Assembly (NCBI GenBank): GCA_000146045.2
Contig: BK006934.2
Coordinates: forward strand, 96,001-160,000
DNA from: TPA_inf: Saccharomyces
Lineage: Eukaryota
DNA: 64,000 bases
Direction: 5' to 3'
Shown here: piece by piece, positions 58,601 through 64,000 of the stretch
Position numbering within the stretch: position 1 is the first letter of the stretch
How the letters are laid out: every line of letters begins with the position of its first letter
Position numbers and translations under genes: made by a program
Notes under the pieces: model-generated
The model's input: only the letters and a program-made list of their open reading frames with translations
What the model was told of the DNA's origin: nothing
Databases searched by the model: none

Positions 58601-61452
58601 ACTCAAAAAATAACGAACTAATAAAGCAAATATCAGACTTGAACTGTGACATTTCTAAGGAACAGAGCTCCCAGTCTTTAATCAAAGAATCTAAATTGAA
58701 GCTAGAAAACGAAATAAAGAGATTAAAAGATGTCATAAACTCGAAGGAGGAAGAAATAAAATCGTTCAACGATAAGTTAAGTTCCTCAGAAGAAGATCTT
58801 GACATAAAATTGGTCACTTTAGAGAAAAATTGTAACATTGCGATGTCAAGACTACAATCCCTTGTAACAGAAAATTCAGATTTGCGTTCGAAAAATGAGA
58901 ATTTCAAGAAAGAAAAGGCAGCACTGAATAACCAGTTGAAAAATAAGGAAAGTGAACTGTTAAAGATGAAAGAAAAAATAGATAATCACAAAAAAGAGCT
59001 TGCTACTTTTTCCAAGCAAAGAGATGACGCAGTTAGCGAACATGGTAAAATTACTGCTGAACTAAAAGAGACAAGAATCCAACTTACCGAGTATAAATCT
59101 AACTATCAAAAGATTAAAGAAGAATATTCCAACTTCCAAAGAGAAACGAAGGAACAGGAGCAAAAGAAAAGAAATAGCCTGGTTGAGTCTCTGAACGATA
59201 GTAAAATTAAAGAATTGGAAGCTCGGTTGTCACAGGAAATATCCTTAAATCAATACTTAAACAAAAGAATATCAGGAAATTCTGTAGAAACGAATATTTC
59301 GTCTACTAGACGTTCCACATCGTATTCAGATGATCCACTTGACAAAGAAGATATAATAAAAAAATACTATGACCTTCAATTAGCGTTTACTGAAATAACT
59401 AGGAATCTAGAGAATGAAATTGAAGAGAAGAAGAACTTAATTTCTAGATTGAGATTCACTGAAACAAGACTAGCATCTTCGTCTTTTGAGGACCAAAAGA
59501 TTAAGGCACAAATGAAGAAATTAAAAAAATTGATCCAGGATATGGACCCTAGTATTCCTTTGGACAGTATTCTAAATGAGCCGCTAGATAACTGCCCTGA
59601 CAAAGAGTCTGATATTAACAAATTAATGCTTGAGGTCGATTATTTAAAAAGACAATTGGATATCGAAACAAGAGCTCACTACGATGCAGAAAATGCCATA
59701 TCTGCTTTACACAGTAAATTTAGAAAGATCCAAGGGGAAAGCTCCCTGTCATCTTCTGATATTTACAAACTGAAGTTCGAAGCCAGTGAAGAAAGAGTCA
59801 AATCCTTGGAAGACAAGCTAAAAACCATGCCTTTACGTGATCGAACAAATTTACCTGTCGGAGATATTATAAAGAACCGTGATAGCATTTCAAAATATGA
59901 AGAAGAAATTCGCTATTATAAACTTGAAAACTACAAGCTCCAAGAAATATTAAATGAATCAAATGGAAAATTGAGCCAACTCACTCTTGACTTGAGGCAA
60001 TCAAAATCCAAAGAAGCCCTACTTAGTGAACAATTAGACAGATTACAGAAAGACCTTGAATCTACGGAACGCCAAAAAGAACTACTATCATCCACAATAA
60101 AACAGCAGAAACAGCAATTTGAAAACTGCATGGACGATCTGCAAGGGAATGAACTGCGGCTAAGAGAACATATTCATGCACTAAAACAAGCTGAAGAGGA
60201 CGTAAAGAATATGGCGTCTATCATTGAAAAATTGAAAACTCAAAATAAGCAAAAGGAAAAGTTAATCTGGGAGCGCGAAATGGAAAGAAATGACTCAGAT
60301 ATGCAATTACAGGAAACTCTGCTGGAGTTGAAGAGAGTCCAAGATGTAAAGAAAATCCTGAGTGATGATTTGGCCCATTTAAAGGAGCGATTGAGCGCTG
60401 TAGAAGATAGATCCCAATATACGGATGAGATTAATAGATTAAAGGAAGAATTGAACTGCTCTTTAAAAGCTGAAACAAACTTAAAAAAAGAATTTGCAAC
60501 CCTTAAGTACAAACTGGAAACTTCGACTAATGATTCTGAAGCAAAAATCTCCGATCTGCTGAAGCAGCTCGATCATTATACAAAAGTGGTGGAAATGTTG
60601 AACAACGAAAAAGATGCTATTTCTCTTGCAGAAAAAGAACTTTATCAGAAATACGAGGCACTCAATACTGAATGCGAGTCTCTTAAAGGAAAGATAGTGT
60701 CTTTGACTAAAATCAAGCAGGAACTGGAATCTGACTTAAATCAAAAGACTGATGCGCTACAGATATCAAACGCAGCACTCTCAAGTTCCACACAAAAGAA
60801 TAAAGAGATTACTGAAAAAATCAAATATCTGGAGGAAACACTACAACTGCAAATGGAACAAAATTCAAGGAATGGGGAGTTGGTTAAGACATTACAGGCC
60901 AGCTGCAATGGATATAAAGATAAGTTTGATGATGAGAAGCAGAAGAATATTGATTTATATGAAGAAAATCAAACTTTACAAAAGCTCAACACCGACTTAC
61001 AGCTTCAACTAAAAAATTTGCATGAAAGATTATCAGACACTACTGAAAAAAACGCATGGTTATCAAAGATTCATGAATTGGAAAATATGGTAAGCCTAGA
61101 AACGGACTTGAAATATGAAGAAATGAAAAAGAACAAGAGTTTGGAGAGAGCAGTGGAAGAGTTACAAACTAAGAACTCCCAACAAACAGATGTAATAGAA
61201 CTAGCGAATAAAAATAGAAGCGAATTTGAGGAAGCTACTTTGAAATATGAGGCTCAAATCTCTGACTTAGAAAAGTACATTTCTCAACAAGAGCTTGAGA
61301 TGAAAAAATCCATTAGAGATAATTCTTCTTACCGCGACAAAGTGCAGGAAATGGCCCAAGAAATTGAATTCTGGAAAAGCCGTTATGAATCTACCATGAT
61401 AGGCTCGAAAAATATTGATAGTAACAATGCACAGAGTAAAATTTTCAGTTAA
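55666..61452 (+). CDS. MYO1: MYO1, type II myosin heavy chain, 1928 aa
   Basis: The motor domain has the P-loop GESGAGKTENTKK, switch regions and an IQ region (IRGYTVRKEITYHLQKLKK). This is followed by about 1,100 residues of heptad-repeat coiled coil. Confidence 0.95.
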   Translation: MTGGQSCSSNMIVWIPDEKEVFVKGELMSTDINKNKFTGQEEQIGIVHPLDSTEVSNLVQVRISDVFPVNPSTFDKVENMSELTHLNEPSVLYNLEKRYDCDLIYTYSGLFLVAINPYHNLNLYSEDHINLYHNKHNRLSKSRLDENSHEKLPPHIFAIAEEAYENLLSEGKDQSILVTGESGAGKTENTKKILQYLASITSGSPSNIAPVSGSSIVESFEMKILQSNPILESFGNAQTVRNNNSSRFGKFIKIEFNEHGMINGAHIEWYLLEKSRIVHQNSKERNYHIFYQLLSGLDDSELKNLRLKSRNVKDYKILSNSNQDIIPGINDVENFKELLSALNIIGFSKDQIRWIFQVVAIILLIGNIEFVSDRAEQASFKNDVSAICSNLGVDEKDFQTAILRPRSKAGKEWVSQSKNSQQAKFILNALSRNLYERLFGYIVDMINKNLDHGSATLNYIGLLDIAGFEIFENNSFEQLCINYTNEKLQQFFNNHMFVLEQSEYLKENIQWDYIDYGKDLQLTIDLIESKGPPTGVLPLLDEEAVLPKSTDESFYSKLISTWDQNSSKFKRSRLKNGFILKHYAGDVEYTVEGWLSKNKDPLNDNLLSLLSSSQNDIISKLFQPEGEKSSSAGVEANISNQEVKKSARTSTFKTTSSRHREQQITLLNQLASTHPHFVRCIIPNNVKKVKTFNRRLILDQLRCNGVLEGIRLAREGYPNRIAFQEFFQRYRILYPENSTTTTFSSKLKASTKQNCEFLLTSLQLDTKVYKIGNTKLFFKAGVLADLEKQKDVKLNNIMIKLTATIRGYTVRKEITYHLQKLKKTRVIGNTFRLYNRLVKEDPWFNLFIRIKPLLTSSNDMTRTKKFNEQINKLKNDLQEMESKKKFLEEKNQKTVNELENTQDLLNQEKENLRKNESLLNRVKTSSETLQKQFDDLVSEKDEISREKLEVAQNLEEAHQKIQGLQETIREREATLEKLHSKNNELIKQISDLNCDISKEQSSQSLIKESKLKLENEIKRLKDVINSKEEEIKSFNDKLSSSEEDLDIKLVTLEKNCNIAMSRLQSLVTENSDLRSKNENFKKEKAALNNQLKNKESELLKMKEKIDNHKKELATFSKQRDDAVSEHGKITAELKETRIQLTEYKSNYQKIKEEYSNFQRETKEQEQKKRNSLVESLNDSKIKELEARLSQEISLNQYLNKRISGNSVETNISSTRRSTSYSDDPLDKEDIIKKYYDLQLAFTEITRNLENEIEEKKNLISRLRFTETRLASSSFEDQKIKAQMKKLKKLIQDMDPSIPLDSILNEPLDNCPDKESDINKLMLEVDYLKRQLDIETRAHYDAENAISALHSKFRKIQGESSLSSSDIYKLKFEASEERVKSLEDKLKTMPLRDRTNLPVGDIIKNRDSISKYEEEIRYYKLENYKLQEILNESNGKLSQLTLDLRQSKSKEALLSEQLDRLQKDLESTERQKELLSSTIKQQKQQFENCMDDLQGNELRLREHIHALKQAEEDVKNMASIIEKLKTQNKQKEKLIWEREMERNDSDMQLQETLLELKRVQDVKKILSDDLAHLKERLSAVEDRSQYTDEINRLKEELNCSLKAETNLKKEFATLKYKLETSTNDSEAKISDLLKQLDHYTKVVEMLNNEKDAISLAEKELYQKYEALNTECESLKGKIVSLTKIKQELESDLNQKTDALQISNAALSSSTQKNKEITEKIKYLEETLQLQMEQNSRNGELVKTLQASCNGYKDKFDDEKQKNIDLYEENQTLQKLNTDLQLQLKNLHERLSDTTEKNAWLSKIHELENMVSLETDLKYEEMKKNKSLERAVEELQTKNSQQTDVIELANKNRSEFEEATLKYEAQISDLEKYISQQELEMKKSIRDNSSYRDKVQEMAQEIEFWKSRYESTMIGSKNIDSNNAQSKIFS

Positions 61453-61743
61453 CGAACTTTTTTTTAAAAATTTGGAAGACTTTATATCCTTTATTTAAAA
61501 AAATAATGATGAGATGTTTTGTATATACAGAATGAGAATATGCATTATTAACAGAAAAAGACGACACGAGCGTTATATACTAAGTGGCATGAACTCTTTC
61601 ACCCCGTATCCTTCGATAGTAGTCTTAAAGGTGGTACATAAAATAAAGAAAATAACCGATTCAATAGATAAGCAGCGGAAATAAAGTCTTTTTCCTATCT
61701 TGAAATCTCCAAAATAAAAGTAATAAAGTACTGCTAAAGTTGT

Positions 61744-63192
61744 TCAAAACCAACCCTTCTTCTTGGGACTATCGTTTTTGGAGGAGGAGCTGTTACCCAA
61801 TCCATATGCCTTCAGTACATTTTCCACATCTCCAAAGGATCCTCTGTCTCCTTGCATTACAACAGTAGCTCTACCCTTACCATTGCCAGCATTATTTACA
61901 TTTCCCGTAAATATCATTTCGGCAACACGTGAGATATCATCTGGCTTCAAATCTTCGATCTTACTTATCATTTCGTTGACTGGGATTTTGCGACCATGCA
62001 TGAGAACTTGTCTGCCCATATCTTCCAATTCTACCAGTTTAGACTCTAGGTTCATTAGTAGTGAAGACTTCAACTGATTCTTGGCCCTGGAGACTTCGTC
62101 TTCAGTTAACCTCAAATCCTTATTAGCAAATGTATTATACATTTGCTGTGCAATTACCTCAACCGCTTGAGGAGCTGCCTGCGGTATACAAGATAATGAA
62201 ATACCGAAAATACCAGAATCCGAATAAGAATGGTTGAACGCAACACAATTTTCAACAAAGTAATACTGGTTCAAAACGTGGGTATACAAACGAGAATACA
62301 TCCCCTTTCCTGGCCCACCAGCACTGAAAGAACCACCACCTCCAAGTAAAGTTTGTAATGTTGCTAAAGCATAAATGTCTGGATGATCTATAGGGAGACC
62401 TTCAAATCCGATCTGGATGTGGAATAATTCTGGTAAATTCCCAAACACTGGTGCTGGTGGAATACAACTTTCCCCGCCCGTATATTGGGCAACTTTTTTG
62501 GTGATCGGAGGGTGTGTAGATTGCCAGTCACCGAGATACTTTTCTGTAAGCTCTAATGCCTTTTCGTGAGGAACACCAACAAATGCCGCAACAGTATTTT
62601 CTGGGGTGTAGAATTTATTTCTGTAGTCCAATAAGTAGTATTTAGAAATAGAAGGAATGAGCTCTCTAGGGCAGATTAAAGGGGACCCCAAAGTTTCTCC
62701 GGAGTATGCTGCTGTGTGCAACAGCTCAGGTAATACCAATTCTGGCTTCATCCAAACTTCATCGATTTCATACTCTGCCGACAGCTTCTGTTCTTGCAGT
62801 TCTTGCTCAGTAATCTTAGGGAACCTCACAGTTTCTGACATTAATTGAAGCATTTTACCCACATCCTGGTTGAACACAGAAGCCTGATACATCAAATTTT
62901 CTCTAGACGAGGTACACTGGTAATTCCCACCCAGTAACTCCAACGTCTCTGCCATTGCTCGGCCCTCGACGTGTTCGGTTGATTTGAATGCTAGTCTATC
63001 CAAGATATGTGTACAACCCTTCAAATTCCTACCTTCAAACCGTGATCCTGCGTCGATGTATAGGCCTAAGGCACTAAAGTGTCCAGGAGTATTTGATGTC
63101 GCCACTTTCAGTCCATTCGCTAGTGACGAAAGCTTAAAATTATCGGTTCTAGCGATGTTAGAGTACAACCTCTGAACGCCGTTCCTTAGCAT
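61744..63192 (-). CDS. MAS2: MAS2, alpha subunit of the mitochondrial processing peptidase, 482 aa
   Basis: M16-family inactive-subunit sequence with a glycine-rich loop ([22 protein letters not shown]). Confidence 0.92.
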
Positions 63193-63346
63193 CTTTTGTT
63201 ATTAATCAGCTCTCTGCTTTGCATTAATTTGACCACCTGCCCTGAAACACCTTTCTTCTAGTCCACCTGTGTAGGCTTTTTCACCTGAATTGTTCATTCT
63301 CGATACGCCCTCACGCCGGATGAAAAATTTGTGCAAGAGTCATCAT

Positions 63347-63352
63347 CTCGAA
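63347..63352. promoter_or_regulatory. GCN4 core site (GAGTCA, the complement of TGACTC), about 90 bp upstream of THR1
   Basis: aGAGTCAt in the MAS2/THR1 divergent promoter. THR1 is a general-control target. Confidence 0.5.
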
Positions 63353-63437
63353 AAGATATGGTGATAAAAACAAGTGTACTTCTAACCTGCCTAATGGTTA
63401 TAACAGTAGCATAAAGTAGATATACGGACTACAGAAA

Positions 63438-64000
63438 ATGGTTCGTGCCTTCAAAATTAAAGTTCCAGCTTCTTCCGCCAATATCGGCCCTGGTTATGAT
63501 GTTCTTGGTGTCGGTCTTTCTCTATTCTTGGAGTTAGATGTCACCATCGACTCCAGCCAAGCTCAGGAAACAAACGACGATCCCAACAACTGCAAGCTGT
63601 CTTACACTAAAGAAAGTGAAGGCTATTCTACGGTCCCATTGCGTTCTGATGCTAACCTGATTACCAGGACTGCGTTATATGTGTTGCGTTGCAACAATAT
63701 TAGAAACTTCCCCTCCGGAACCAAAGTTCACGTCTCCAACCCAATCCCACTTGGCCGTGGATTGGGTTCCTCTGGTGCAGCAGTTGTGGCAGGTGTTATT
63801 TTAGGTAACGAAGTGGCCCAATTGGGTTTCTCTAAGCAACGTATGTTGGACTACTGTTTGATGATTGAACGTCATCCAGACAACATAACCGCTGCTATGA
63901 TGGGAGGCTTTTGCGGTTCATTCCTAAGGGACTTGACCCCACAAGAGGTGGAAAGACGTGAGATTCCATTGGCTGAGGTGCTTCCAGAACCTTCTGGTGG
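63438..64000 (+). CDS. THR1: THR1, homoserine kinase; first 187 codons, 3' end beyond the window
   Basis: ATG at 63438 (MVRAFKIKVPASSANIGPGYDVLGVGLSLFLELDV…) and the GHMP-kinase motif PLGRGLGSSGAA. The frame is open to the window end. Confidence 0.9.
   Translation, partial: MVRAFKIKVPASSANIGPGYDVLGVGLSLFLELDVTIDSSQAQETNDDPNNCKLSYTKESEGYSTVPLRSDANLITRTALYVLRCNNIRNFPSGTKVHVSNPIPLGRGLGSSGAAVVAGVILGNEVAQLGFSKQRMLDYCLMIERHPDNITAAMMGGFCGSFLRDLTPQEVERREIPLAEVLPEPSG

Noticed and set aside
56184-60512. Multiple minus-strand ORFs inside MYO1.
   Set aside because: They are antisense to a 1,928-codon open frame with unmistakable myosin motor motifs. Their composition is serine/phenylalanine-rich low complexity.

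Overview
This window is Saccharomyces cerevisiae nuclear DNA, the pericentromeric part of chromosome VIII. The + strand is the Watson strand. If RPL14B sits at its S288C position as I remember it, the offset is about +96,000. I read 33 protein-coding genes from the translations; the gene names in brackets are recalled from memory and each rests on a protein-level match: STE20 (3'-truncated at the window edge), SHU1, MRP4, LAG1, HSE1, RPL14B, OSH7, QCR10, LEU5, TCD1, NEM1, GPA1, TIM10, STP2, ERG11, SOD2, TDA3, RPL27A, DIA4, VPS29, ARD1, SPO13, MIP6, YSC84, YSC83, ARG4, DED81, the prolyl-tRNA synthetase YHR020W, RPS27B, the Ras-like GTPase YHR022C, MYO1, MAS2 and THR1 (3'-truncated). Six genes are spliced (RPL14B, QCR10, RPL27A, VPS29, YSC84, RPS27B). 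I located their exon and intron boundaries directly from GTATGT-type 5' splice sites, TACTAAC branch points and AG acceptors. The point centromere CEN8 (CDEI-CDEII-CDEIII) lies between RPL14B and OSH7. Four tRNA genes are present: Thr-AGU, Ser-AGA, Gln-UUG and Ala-AGC. Each has Ty LTR debris in the region transcriptionally upstream of it: a full delta plus a diverged LTR upstream of tRNA-Thr; a nest of at least four delta pieces between the divergent tRNA-Ser and tRNA-Gln genes; and a sigma element exactly 16 bp upstream of tRNA-Ala. I also found recognisable regulatory motifs in the sequence: the SPO13 URS1, GCN4 sites at ARG4 and THR1, tandem Rap1 sites at RPL27A and RPS27B, and a cluster of pheromone-response-element half-sites upstream of GPA1. 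I see no evidence for an undescribed genetic system. Every long ORF is a known yeast gene, and the remaining ORFs in the six-frame track are antisense or low-complexity artefacts. The places most worth a second look are the inverted pair of near-identical delta LTRs bracketing 17 kb, the unassigned ~1.1 kb AT-rich block downstream of the sigma element, and a GC-rich island with CGG/CCG motifs between ERG11 and SOD2. The six-frame track only lists ORFs with both ends inside the window and allows TTG/GTG starts. I re-anchored gene starts on ATG.
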